Under the pieces are notes generated by a model. It had not been told where the DNA came from. It made no database searches and was given only the letters and a program-made list of their open reading frames with translations. From positions 6,688,001 through 6,752,000 of the forward strand of contig CBDDPY010000002.1 of NCBI GenBank assembly GCA_965232515.1: 64,000 nucleotides of DNA. The letters run 5' to 3'. The position numbers were made by a program, and so were the translations under genes. Source of the DNA: Alphaproteobacteria bacterium. GTDB taxonomy: Bacteria > Pseudomonadota > Alphaproteobacteria > GCA-2731375. Shown one piece after another: positions 19,693 through 28,604 of this stretch (positions are counted from its first letter, which is position 1; each line of letters opens with the position of its first letter).

Positions 19693-21075
19693 ATGTCGTT
19701 TCATTTCAGCCGGACGCCGGTCGAAACCGCGCCCGTCGAGACCACTTACCGCCGCATCGCCACGCCGCTGCCGGTGCCGGATTCCCTGCCGTTGCTCGAT
19801 GAGCTGGCCGCCGTCGAAACGCGGGCGATGCACGGCCAGATGCCGATCGTCTGGGATCGGGCCAAGGACTTCCAGGTCTGGGACCGTTGGGGCAATTGCT
19901 GGATCGACTTCACCTCGACGATCTTCGTCGCCAATGCCGGACATGCGAACGACCACGTGCTGGCCGCGCTCAGGCAGGCGCTCGATGCCGAGCTGCTGCA
20001 CAGCTACAACTATCCGACCGAGATCCGGGCCCGCTATCTGACCGCGCTGGTCGCGGCGATGCCGCCGCATATCGACAAGGCCTATTTGATGTCGACCGGC
20101 ACCGAGGCGACGGAGGCCGCGTTCCGGCTGATGCGCATTCACGGTCAGCGAAACGGCAAGGGACCGGGCGTGATCGCGTTCGAAGGCAGCTATCACGGCC
20201 GCACGCTGGGCGCCGCCCTGATGAGCGGCAGTTCGGCGTCGCGGGATTGGATCCGCTACGAGGATCCGCACGTCCACCGGTTTGATTTCCCCTTTGGCTC
20301 CGACAGCGACAACGTCGACTGGCGTGCGGTGTTCCATGCCGAGCTCGATGCACTCGCGGCGCGTGGCGTCGATCCGAAGCGGGATATCAGTGGCCTGATG
20401 CTGGAATCCTATGTCGGCTGGGCCGCCGCGTTCTTCCCCCGCGCCTACGTCGATGCCGTCGCGACGTTTGCCCGGGAAAACGACATTCTGCTGGCGTTCG
20501 ACGAGGTCCAGGCCGGTTTCGGCCGGACAGGCAAGTTGTTTGCTTATCAGCACTATGATGTCGAGCCGGACCTAATCTGCTGCGGCAAGGGCATCGGCAG
20601 CGGTTTTCCACTGTCGGCTCTGGTCGGCCGTGGCGAGATCCTGGACCTTCCCGAGACCGGCATTCTGTCGAGCACGCATTCGGCCAACCCGTTGGGCTGT
20701 GCCGCCGGCCTGGCGACCCTTGAAGAGTTCGAACGCCGCGATCTGGTTGCCGCGGCCGAACGCAAGGGAGATCTTCTGCTGGCGCGTCTGCACGATTTGC
20801 AGGGCCGCTTCCCCGGCCATATCGACCGCGTCAACGGCCGCGGACTGGTAGCGGCGCTGATCTTCCGCGACCCCGAAACCGGGGCGGCGGATTGCGATAC
20901 GCCGAGCCGGATCTGCGAGGAAGCCATGCGTCGTGGCGTGCTTCTGGTCCATACCGGCCGGGAGTCGATCAAGTTCGGACCGCCGCTGACCATCGACGAA
21001 GCCGCGATCGACGAGGGCATGGATGTCCTGACCGAGATCATGGCCGAGCTGTGTCATCGAGGCCCGCGCCCATGA
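19693..21075 (+). CDS. class III PLP-dependent aminotransferase
   Basis: STGTEATE, SYHGRT, FDEVQAGFGRTG, CGKGIG, STHSAN. Confidence 0.92.
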   Translation: MSFHFSRTPVETAPVETTYRRIATPLPVPDSLPLLDELAAVETRAMHGQMPIVWDRAKDFQVWDRWGNCWIDFTSTIFVANAGHANDHVLAALRQALDAELLHSYNYPTEIRARYLTALVAAMPPHIDKAYLMSTGTEATEAAFRLMRIHGQRNGKGPGVIAFEGSYHGRTLGAALMSGSSASRDWIRYEDPHVHRFDFPFGSDSDNVDWRAVFHAELDALAARGVDPKRDISGLMLESYVGWAAAFFPRAYVDAVATFARENDILLAFDEVQAGFGRTGKLFAYQHYDVEPDLICCGKGIGSGFPLSALVGRGEILDLPETGILSSTHSANPLGCAAGLATLEEFERRDLVAAAERKGDLLLARLHDLQGRFPGHIDRVNGRGLVAALIFRDPETGAADCDTPSRICEEAMRRGVLLVHTGRESIKFGPPLTIDEAAIDEGMDVLTEIMAELCHRGPRP

Positions 21076-21509
21076 GCGGCCTCCGTCATGTCGGGATCGT
21101 CGTCACCGACGCGGATGCATCGGCGTATTTCTACAGCGACTATTTTGGGTTCGAGACGCTGACCGACACGGTCGAGGAAGGCGAGGCCCTGTCCCGTCAA
21201 CTGGCGCTGGCCGGCGTATCGGTGCGAACCGTGAAGATGCGCCCGCCCGGCGGCGGCGTTCTGTTGGAGCTGCTGCAGTTCCGTTCGCCGACAGCCGCGC
21301 ACCGGGACCCACGTCCGCTCGCGGCCTTGGGCCTGACGCATATCGCCCTCACCGTCGACGACGCCGACGCGGTCTACCGGCGCCTGCGGGATGGCGGTGT
21401 CAGCATGCGCTCGGCGCCGACGGCGTCGGCCGACGGCAAAGTCGAAATGTTCTTCTGTGCCGATCCGAATGGCGTGCAGCTCGAGATCGTGCAGGAGAAG
21501 GCGGCGTGA
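21072..21509 (+). CDS. VOC/glyoxalase family protein
   Basis: RHVGIVV, LELLQF, THIALTVDD, DPNGVQLEIV; ATGA overlap with the upstream gene. Confidence 0.88.
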   Translation: MSGLRHVGIVVTDADASAYFYSDYFGFETLTDTVEEGEALSRQLALAGVSVRTVKMRPPGGGVLLELLQFRSPTAAHRDPRPLAALGLTHIALTVDDADAVYRRLRDGGVSMRSAPTASADGKVEMFFCADPNGVQLEIVQEKAA

Positions 21510-22168
21510 GTTTCATCCCGATCGCCGGTACGAATTATACCGATATCGCGCGGCGGCGCCTGACCGGCGAGATCGCCGAGTTGACCTGGCTCCAGCAGTT
21601 CCGCGATCTGCTGCGGCCGCATCTGCGCCCGGGCATGGTGGTCGCCGATTTTGGATGCTCGACGGGGTACGCCTATACCAGCCTGGCGGAGTTCGACATC
21701 CGCTACGTCGGCATCGATTTCGAACCGGCCTATCTCGCCATCGGACACGATTACTTTGCCGGTAATCCGAACGTGTCCTTTCGCCAGCACGACATCACGT
21801 CCGAGCCGATCGATCTCCGGGCCGATGCCGTGATCTGCAGCGCAATGCTCGAGCACTGCCCGGCGCTCGAGCCGGCCTTGACGAACATCGCCAACGTCGC
21901 CGACCGGCTGTTCCTGCTGCGGACATTTATGGGTCCGGAAGAGATTATCGAGAGCTATGTCGCACCGGTCGAAGGCAACGACGAAGGGGCTATCAAGCAT
22001 TCCAACGTTTATGACCGCGACGGTCTGGTGCGGCGCCTGTCCGACTTGGGCTTCGATGCGCATGTGATCGCCGATCGCTATACGGGAAGCGAACGCCGGA
22101 GCGTGCAGGGCCGTGACCGGGCGTTTCATGTGCTTCAGGCAAAACGGGGCGCGCGCGGTCATGCATAG
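21506..22168 (+). CDS. class I SAM-dependent methyltransferase
   Basis: VADFGCSTG, YVGID, CSAMLEH. Confidence 0.85.
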   Translation: MSFIPIAGTNYTDIARRRLTGEIAELTWLQQFRDLLRPHLRPGMVVADFGCSTGYAYTSLAEFDIRYVGIDFEPAYLAIGHDYFAGNPNVSFRQHDITSEPIDLRADAVICSAMLEHCPALEPALTNIANVADRLFLLRTFMGPEEIIESYVAPVEGNDEGAIKHSNVYDRDGLVRRLSDLGFDAHVIADRYTGSERRSVQGRDRAFHVLQAKRGARGHA

Positions 22169-24005
22169 CGCCGCCCTTAGAAACGATGCCGAGGTGGAGG
22201 AACTGTACGGCCGGGCGCGTCTGGCTTACGCCAACAACGACTTTGAAACGGCGTTGGATTTGTTCCAGAAGATCTTGCAGCGGATCCCCGACCACGTCAT
22301 GGCGAATTTCCACATTGGGCTGATCGCGCATCGTACGGGGAACTCAGACTTCGGCCGCAAGTTCTTTGCCCGCGCGGTTGACGAGCTGCGTCTGCTGGCT
22401 TTTGCGCATGGGGGCGACCGCGAGGTTTGGCTGGCGTTGATTTGCGCGGTAGCTGGCAGCGCCGACGACGACGCGATTGCCGAAGCCGTTCGGGACGCGC
22501 GCAGCCTGGCCGGCGAAGACGTCGGCTTTCTGCAGGACATCGGCAACCAGCTTGTCGAATACGGCCAGTTCGAACGGGGCATTGCCCTGTTCGAGGAGGC
22601 GCTGGCGATTGATCCGAACTGCCCCTTGCTGTTGAAGAAGTTCGGACGCGCCATGGCGAAACTCGGCCGGCACGATGAAGCCGTGACATATTATGAAAAG
22701 GTTTTGGAGCGGCTGCCCGACGATGCCAGCACCTACGATGCGCTGGGCATGGTCTTCAATCACAGCAATCTGAACGCCGACAAGGCAGCTTCGGCCTATC
22801 GCAAGGCTATCGAGATTGACCCGAACGCCGTCCGCTATAGTCAGATGGCCGACAGCTTGCGGCTTTATGGACAGTTCGACGCCGCTGTCGAGGCGCTTAC
22901 CGAGGGCATCGCGCTGTGCCCGCCATACGAACTGCCAATGAAGTGCGAGATGTTGCAGCAACTGGGCTGCAACTTAGAATTGGCCGGCCGGCGGGCTGAC
23001 GCCGAACAAAAGTGGCTGGAGTCTCTGGACCTGACGAGGCAGTTCCTGGCCACCTGTCCGAAGACGGATGTTCTGGCGATCTGCCGAGAGATACGGCTGC
23101 TTTGGCGGCTGGATCGGCGGCAGGAAGCGATTGACCGATACACGGCCCTGAAGGCCGATGCGGCGGGGCGTGCGTTCACCTACTCGCCCGACACCTATTC
23201 GCAGGACATGGCGGGCGCCTTGACGCGGTTGCACGAAATCGTCGGCGGCCGGGACGTGTTCCTGTTGTTGCACGGTCCATCCGCCAAGGTCTTCGCAGAC
23301 AGGATCGATGCGTTCGGCGGCCGGGACATCTGTTTCATGACCGGACACAGCTTCGAGTTTTTCGAAGAGGGTCCGCTACGTGAAATCGGGGCGAAGGTCG
23401 AGCTGGCGACGGTCAGCAACGCCATGCTGATGAAGGCGCACGGCGATCAGATCGAAGCGTTCCTGGCGCGCGATGCGAAAAACCAGTTGCTGACCTGCCG
23501 CTTCTGCTTCGATCAGGCCGGCCAGACGAATCTGAGTTCGCAGGACTTCGAGGCGCGGTACCAGAGCAAGATGCTGTTCTTCCCGCCGCCGAACGTATCG
23601 CTGTTGCCGGTGCCGCATTCGCCGTTGGCCTTCCCGCTCTGCAATACCCTGTCGACCATGCTGCCGTTTCTGGTTCTCGGTCGGCCGCGCCGGGTGTTCC
23701 TGTTCGGGGTCGACGGCGTCGGGCGGGATGCCGCCGGCGGCGGCGAACGCTACGGGACGAACAATAAGCACTATCGGTACGCGCCCGCCGACGATCATGA
23801 AGAGCGAATGCTGGCGCTCAACCTTCTGGCTGACACGTTGACATTCGGATTTGCGGCGGAGCTGAGTTTGGTCGGCGTATCGCTGATGTACAATTTGCCG
23901 ATCCCGCCGATCTATACCGTTTCGCCTGACAGCCATATCGATCTGTTTCCAAGGATCGATATCGACGCCTGCATCGAGATGCTGCGGGCGTCCGACTCCG
24001 GCTAA
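22161..24005 (+). CDS. TPR protein with C-terminal Maf/DUF115-like domain; candidate nonulosonate transferase
   Basis: N-terminal TPRs; C-terminal VFLLLHGPS and LGRPRRVFLFGVD resemble Maf/CstII-type motifs. Confidence 0.6.
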   Translation: MHSAALRNDAEVEELYGRARLAYANNDFETALDLFQKILQRIPDHVMANFHIGLIAHRTGNSDFGRKFFARAVDELRLLAFAHGGDREVWLALICAVAGSADDDAIAEAVRDARSLAGEDVGFLQDIGNQLVEYGQFERGIALFEEALAIDPNCPLLLKKFGRAMAKLGRHDEAVTYYEKVLERLPDDASTYDALGMVFNHSNLNADKAASAYRKAIEIDPNAVRYSQMADSLRLYGQFDAAVEALTEGIALCPPYELPMKCEMLQQLGCNLELAGRRADAEQKWLESLDLTRQFLATCPKTDVLAICREIRLLWRLDRRQEAIDRYTALKADAAGRAFTYSPDTYSQDMAGALTRLHEIVGGRDVFLLLHGPSAKVFADRIDAFGGRDICFMTGHSFEFFEEGPLREIGAKVELATVSNAMLMKAHGDQIEAFLARDAKNQLLTCRFCFDQAGQTNLSSQDFEARYQSKMLFFPPPNVSLLPVPHSPLAFPLCNTLSTMLPFLVLGRPRRVFLFGVDGVGRDAAGGGERYGTNNKHYRYAPADDHEERMLALNLLADTLTFGFAAELSLVGVSLMYNLPIPPIYTVSPDSHIDLFPRIDIDACIEMLRASDSG

Positions 24006-24991
24006 ATCTCAGTCGGCGTCCCCGCGAACCAGAGATTTTCGCCCAGCCGGTGGCGGCAGAGGATCGCCTTATAGCGCCGGTCGGTATCGGCCATCAGATC
24101 CGCGAGTTCGGTCTGCAATTCCGCCGGCAGGCCTGCATTGAGCGGTAATCGGGCTGGCCCCAGTCCCTGATGCGCCGATGGCTGCGGTTCGTCGCGCAGC
24201 GCCCAATGCAGATGATTGAGCATGTTGTAGTCCTGCGCATAGCTCACCTCGCCCCTGACGCCGGCGCGCGCCAGGACGGCGCTCAGCGATGCCGCGCTGA
24301 AATACCAGAGATGGGCCTTGTGATAGTAGAAGCTCCGGTACCGGGGGGCGTCGTAGAGCGACAGGAGTGGATCGTCGAGGTTCGGCACTTCGACAACGAG
24401 GGTGCCGCCCGGCCGGACATAGCTGGCGAAGGTTTTGCAGGCGGCGATGGGATCGTCAATATGTTCCAGCGTCTGGATGGCGACGACCAGATCGAAGGCG
24501 TTTTGGGGCAAGCCGGATTCCGCCAACGTGCCGCTATGGGTGGTCAATCCGAGCTCGTCGCGGGCGAAGGCCGCCGCGCCGGAATCGAGATCGAAGCCGA
24601 CCGCTTCGCCCACCCGTTCGTTCAGGTGGGAGAGCAGATGGCCCGTCGAGCAGCCGATCTCGAGCACTCGGGCGTCGGCGGTCAGATTGGGCGCCAGCAA
24701 GTCCAGGCGCTGCTGCTGGTAGTTGACGTGCGCCTCGAAAATGTCGCGGTAATCGGCCGGGCGGCCCGGCGTCGGTCCATGGTGTTTGCGATATTCGCCG
24801 TCGTAGTAGGCCTTCAGGTCGGCGCCGGCATCGTGCTCGCGTTCGAGGATGCCGAGGTCGCAATCCGGACAGTGTAGAACCCGGCCGGGCCCGTTTCGCA
24901 GCTCCGTCGTCAAGACGGCAAGATTCTGTCGGCCACAGAGATAGCAGGCGGTCGCAGACGTTTCGGCATGCGGTTGCGGCATTGCGGTCAT
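24002..24991 (-). CDS. class I SAM-dependent methyltransferase with N-terminal Zn-ribbon
   Basis: CYLC..CPDC, VLEIGCSTG, LEHIDDP, VEVPN. Confidence 0.9.
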   Translation of the reverse strand: MTAMPQPHAETSATACYLCGRQNLAVLTTELRNGPGRVLHCPDCDLGILEREHDAGADLKAYYDGEYRKHHGPTPGRPADYRDIFEAHVNYQQQRLDLLAPNLTADARVLEIGCSTGHLLSHLNERVGEAVGFDLDSGAAAFARDELGLTTHSGTLAESGLPQNAFDLVVAIQTLEHIDDPIAACKTFASYVRPGGTLVVEVPNLDDPLLSLYDAPRYRSFYYHKAHLWYFSAASLSAVLARAGVRGEVSYAQDYNMLNHLHWALRDEPQPSAHQGLGPARLPLNAGLPAELQTELADLMADTDRRYKAILCRHRLGENLWFAGTPTEI

Positions 24992-25012
24992 GATCGGGTC
25001 TTTGACCTCCGG

Positions 25013-25927
25013 TTAAGCGCTGGCGGAGAGGGCAGGAGCGCTGGCCACGGCCTGCGAACGCGCGTTGGCATTGACGAATGTTGAGATCTGTCGGTGGGTT
25101 GAATCCGGGGTAAATCCGGTGACCCGCTCGAGCTTGCTGGTGTCGATCCAGAAGCTTGGCGGGCGTTCGCCGTCATCCACCAGCTCGGAGCGTGAACCAC
25201 AAAGCTCGCGCATCCGCGCAAGGGTCTCGCGCAGCGGCTGGGGCGCCGTGGCGGCCGCGTTCACGACGTGATGGCCGTTGGGACCGGATCCGATCACGTG
25301 GTCGACCAGCCTGTTCAGTTCGCTGGCGTCGAGCAGATTGTTGAACGGCCGGTCGCCGTTGACGAAGGTGACGGGACGGTTGTCATTGAGCGCCTGCAGC
25401 ACCTGGCCGATCCAGGCGCGGAAGTAGCCCGGACCGGTGATGCCGGGCAGGCGCAGACACAAGACGTCGCACGTGTTCGGCAAGTCCAGCAAGATCTCCT
25501 CGGCTAACCGCTTTGTCCGGCCGTAGAGGTTGGGCGCTCGCGGCTCTTCCGTCTCGCGCAGGCACGATCCGTCGATGCCGCCGTAGACGCTTAGCGTAGA
25601 GAGATAGATCAGGCCTCGGACATTGGCCTGATCGACATAGCGGGCAATGTGCAGCGCGCCATCGACATTCGTTCGCGCATAATCGGTGGCGGTCAGCGTC
25701 GGGTCCAGATGCGTGACAGCGGCGGCGTGCACCACCCAATCGACGTCGGTCGGAAGGTCGAGCGGATGCCGCAGATCGGCCTGCAGGATCCGATGCCGGT
25801 CGTCCGCCGGCAGCGACGGCGGCGTGCGATGATAAACGCTGAGGACATGGTGGCCGCGTGCCAGCAAGTCTGCGGCCATCAGACGGCCGATGAAGCCGCC
25901 GGCCCCGGTGACGAGCACGCGGCTCAT
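25013..25927 (-). CDS. NAD-dependent epimerase/dehydratase
   Basis: TGAGGFIG, HAAA, YGRTK; ATG at 25927 overlaps the upstream stop. Confidence 0.9.
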   Translation of the reverse strand: MSRVLVTGAGGFIGRLMAADLLARGHHVLSVYHRTPPSLPADDRHRILQADLRHPLDLPTDVDWVVHAAAVTHLDPTLTATDYARTNVDGALHIARYVDQANVRGLIYLSTLSVYGGIDGSCLRETEEPRAPNLYGRTKRLAEEILLDLPNTCDVLCLRLPGITGPGYFRAWIGQVLQALNDNRPVTFVNGDRPFNNLLDASELNRLVDHVIGSGPNGHHVVNAAATAPQPLRETLARMRELCGSRSELVDDGERPPSFWIDTSKLERVTGFTPDSTHRQISTFVNANARSQAVASAPALSASA

Positions 25928-26526
25928 TTTGACCGGTCGGTGGAAAGACCCTCGATGGCGCATTCGACCGCGCGCAGCAGCCGTCGCCGCCCTGCCTTGT
26001 CATCGGCGGCCGGCGCCCAGTCGGGGTAGGTGGCGTCCCGGTCGGGACGGAACGGCCCTGGCTTGGTCTCGTGATAGACGCACCAGCCGCTGAGCGGGTA
26101 GACCATGTGATATTGCCCGACCTCGATCCGGTAGATCAGGCAATCGTGACCGAGACGGGCGATGTCGACGATCTCGCCGTCGTCGTCGAAGACGATCGAG
26201 GCGAGCTGGCCATCGATGATCTGGTGCCCCTCGGCCTTTTCCAGATGCTTGTGCGGGCGGCAGTAGATCCCCCGCCGTTGCACGATGATCATCTGGTGAA
26301 AAGCATCGTTCCGGTCGCCGTGAATACAGATACGGGCGTTGTCGACCTTCTCGGCCTGCGCCGTTTGCTTCAGCCAGGCAATGATGTCGGGCCCGATCCC
26401 GCCCCTGGGATCGGTCTGCACAAATGACAACGACGCCGCGGACATGTCCTGGCGCAGGCCAGATGGAACGGTCAGCTGGGCGGTCGGCTCGGCCGGCGCG
26501 ACGGGGGGCTGGGCGAGGGCCGGCAC
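25924..26526 (-). CDS. WbuC-family cupin metalloprotein
   Basis: ARICIH..HQMII..YCRPHKH..KAE..FDDDG..YHMV..YHETKPGPF..PDWAP; start may be 26445. Confidence 0.82.
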   Translation of the reverse strand: MPALAQPPVAPAEPTAQLTVPSGLRQDMSAASLSFVQTDPRGGIGPDIIAWLKQTAQAEKVDNARICIHGDRNDAFHQMIIVQRRGIYCRPHKHLEKAEGHQIIDGQLASIVFDDDGEIVDIARLGHDCLIYRIEVGQYHMVYPLSGWCVYHETKPGPFRPDRDATYPDWAPAADDKAGRRRLLRAVECAIEGLSTDRSK

Positions 26527-26664
26527 CGGTTAGATCCCGGACCCGCCTGATGTTGATGCCGGCATATCGGACCGATGGACCGCTACGACCGTGCCGTTGG
26601 GCGTACGCGAAGCGACGCCGTATGGACATGCCTTACGCATGCGTTAATTTTGCGCCGTCTATGC

Positions 26665-26679
26665 TTAACAAACGTTTAC
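26665..26679. promoter_or_regulatory. CtrA-like box
   Basis: TTAA-CAAACGT-TTAC in the divergent wbuC/mnmA gap. Confidence 0.45.
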
Positions 26680-26748
26680 CGACCGCCTGCCCCCGGGGGC
26701 AGGCGCCGGCGGTTGTCGCGACGGCGTCCGGCGCTATATAAGGCGCGC

Positions 26749-27876
26749 ATGGAACGGATCGATCTCGATGGTCTCCAGAGAGGGGCGCGGGTTGTCGTGG
26801 CCATGTCCGGCGGCGTCGACTCGTCGGTCTGCGCCGCGCTTTGCCATGAGGCCGGCTATGACGTCATCGGCATCACGCTGCAGCTCTACGACCATGGCCA
26901 GGCGGCGCGGCGCCCCGGCGCCTGCTGCGCCGGCGTCGACATCCATGACGCCAAGCGGGTGGCCGAGCGCCTCGGCATTGCCCACTATGTGCTCGACTAC
27001 GAGGATCGTTTTCGCCAGTCGGTGATGGACGATTTTGCCGACAGCTATCTTGCCGGCGAGACGCCGGTGCCTTGCATCCGCTGCAATCAGACCGTGAAGT
27101 TCCGGGATCTCCTGGGCACCGCCCGCGAGCTTGGCGCCGAAGCGCTGGTCACCGGCCACTATGTCCGCCGGGTGGCGGGCGAGGCCGGCCCCGAACTGCA
27201 CCGCGCCGTCGATGCGGCGAAGGACCAGAGCTATTTCCTGTTCGCCACGACCGCGGCCGAGCTTGATTTCCTGCGCTTGCCCCTGGGCGAAATCGCCGAC
27301 AAGGCGGCGACCCGGGCGGTCGCCCATCGCCATGGCCTGCCGGTGGCCGAGAAGGCGGACAGCCAGGACATCTGCTTCGTACCGCAGGGCCGCTATGCCG
27401 AGGTGATCGAGCGCCTGCGTCCGGGCGCGGCCGATCCCGGCGAGATCGTCGACCAGGCGGGCCGGGTGCTCGGCCGGCATGACGGTATCATCCATTTCAC
27501 CATCGGCCAGCGCCGCGGCCTGGGCCTCAGCATGCCCGAACCGCTCTACGTGCTGCGGCTGGAGCCCGAAACCCGGCGTGTCGTGGTCGGCCCACGGGCG
27601 GCATTGCTGGAGCGGCGCATCGTCCTGAAGGACGTGAACTGGCTGGATAGCGCGGCCGTGCCGCCGGCCGGCCGGGCTGTCGGCGCCCGCATCCGCTCGA
27701 CCCGGCCGCCGGTCCCGGCCACCGTCTTCGCGGCGCTGGATGGGCATATCGAGGTCAGCCTGCACGAGCCTGAAGCCGGTGTGGCGCCCGGTCAGGCCTG
27801 CGTGCTCTACGACGGCAGCCGGGTTTTGGGCGGCGGCTGGATCGCCCGCGCCGAGGGCAACCGCGCCGCCGCTTGA
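26749..27876 (+). CDS. mnmA: tRNA 2-thiouridine(34) synthase
   Basis: [53 protein letters not shown]. Confidence 0.97.
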   Translation: MERIDLDGLQRGARVVVAMSGGVDSSVCAALCHEAGYDVIGITLQLYDHGQAARRPGACCAGVDIHDAKRVAERLGIAHYVLDYEDRFRQSVMDDFADSYLAGETPVPCIRCNQTVKFRDLLGTARELGAEALVTGHYVRRVAGEAGPELHRAVDAAKDQSYFLFATTAAELDFLRLPLGEIADKAATRAVAHRHGLPVAEKADSQDICFVPQGRYAEVIERLRPGAADPGEIVDQAGRVLGRHDGIIHFTIGQRRGLGLSMPEPLYVLRLEPETRRVVVGPRAALLERRIVLKDVNWLDSAAVPPAGRAVGARIRSTRPPVPATVFAALDGHIEVSLHEPEAGVAPGQACVLYDGSRVLGGGWIARAEGNRAAA

Positions 27877-27901
27877 CAGCAAGGCCGCTTCGTCCCTATA
27901 T
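27872..27901 (+). promoter_or_regulatory. sigma70-type promoter for the tRNA
   Basis: CTTGAC(A) ... CTATAT, an alphaproteobacterial housekeeping pattern, 38 nt before the tRNA. Confidence 0.55.
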
Positions 27902-27939
27902 CCACCGCCTGCGGCAGAGGTAGCGAGCCGCGTGCGTGT

Positions 27940-28016
27940 GGCGGGGTAGCTCAGTTGGTTAGAGCAGCGGAATCATAATCCGCGTGTCGGGGGTTCAAGT
28001 CCCTCCCCCGCTACCA
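27940..28016 (+). tRNA. tRNA-Met (CAT), elongator type
   Basis: GGCGGGGTAGCTCAGTTGGTTAGAGCAGCGGAATCATAATCCGCGTGTCGGGGGTTCAAGTCCCTCCCCCGCTACCA: cloverleaf, CAT anticodon, encoded CCA, no initiator GGG/CCC anticodon stem. Confidence 0.93.
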
Positions 28017-28140
28017 AATTTCCTGAATTAGAACAATCTGCTAGAAGTCCCGCTTGCACCTTGCGTGGTGAAGATGCAGCGCTGTGCCGGGGGCATTGAG
28101 CGGGAACCAAGAGGCGTGGAGCCGTGGCACGGACGCAATC

Positions 28141-28503
28141 ATGATCCGGTCGGGTGCGGGGATTGCCGTCGTTCTGATGCTCTTGCTGTCGGCCGATGGC
28201 AAGGTCGGCGCCTCGGCCCCGCGATTCTCCAACCTGCAGGTCTTGCCGGAAGACGCGACGCCGGCCGAGGTGTTCCAGGTCATGAAGCTGATGACCCGCG
28301 CGCTCGGGACCGAGTGCCGTGTCTGTCACCGCACCGGCGCGCGCGATTTTGCCGCGGACGCGGAGCCCCTCAAGGTCACGACGCGCGGCATGATGTGGCT
28401 GGAGTCGACGGTTCGCGGCGGCATTGACTGGCGCGAACCGCCCGCCGACCTGTGTGTCGACTGCCATCGAGGTCGGCTGCGGCCGCCGCCCGGCGGCGGT
28501 TGA
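28141..28503 (+). CDS. small secreted diheme c-type cytochrome
   Basis: Signal peptide-like N-terminus; CRVCH and CVDCH; NLQVLP..MKLMTRALG pattern like the reaction-centre cytochrome c family repeat. Confidence 0.8.
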   Translation: MIRSGAGIAVVLMLLLSADGKVGASAPRFSNLQVLPEDATPAEVFQVMKLMTRALGTECRVCHRTGARDFAADAEPLKVTTRGMMWLESTVRGGIDWREPPADLCVDCHRGRLRPPPGGG

Positions 28504-28604
28504 GCGGTCGGCCGCAAAGGCGAGGCCGCGTATTCTCGTAATTTCGCGAAAGGGCTATGATCGGGGACGGTTGACAATGGTCGAACCGCCGGAGAAGCGA
28601 AACA

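Noticed and set aside
28125-28140. TGGCAC as a sigma54 -24 element
   Set aside because: No GC at the required -12 spacing.
28141-28503. Photosynthetic reaction-centre cytochrome PufC
   Set aside because: Only two hemes, about 120 aa, and no puf or bch genes nearby.
28571-28584. FNR-like box TTGAC-AATG-GTCGA upstream of the multiheme gene
   Set aside because: Three mismatches to TTGAT-N4-ATCAA and very close to the start codon.
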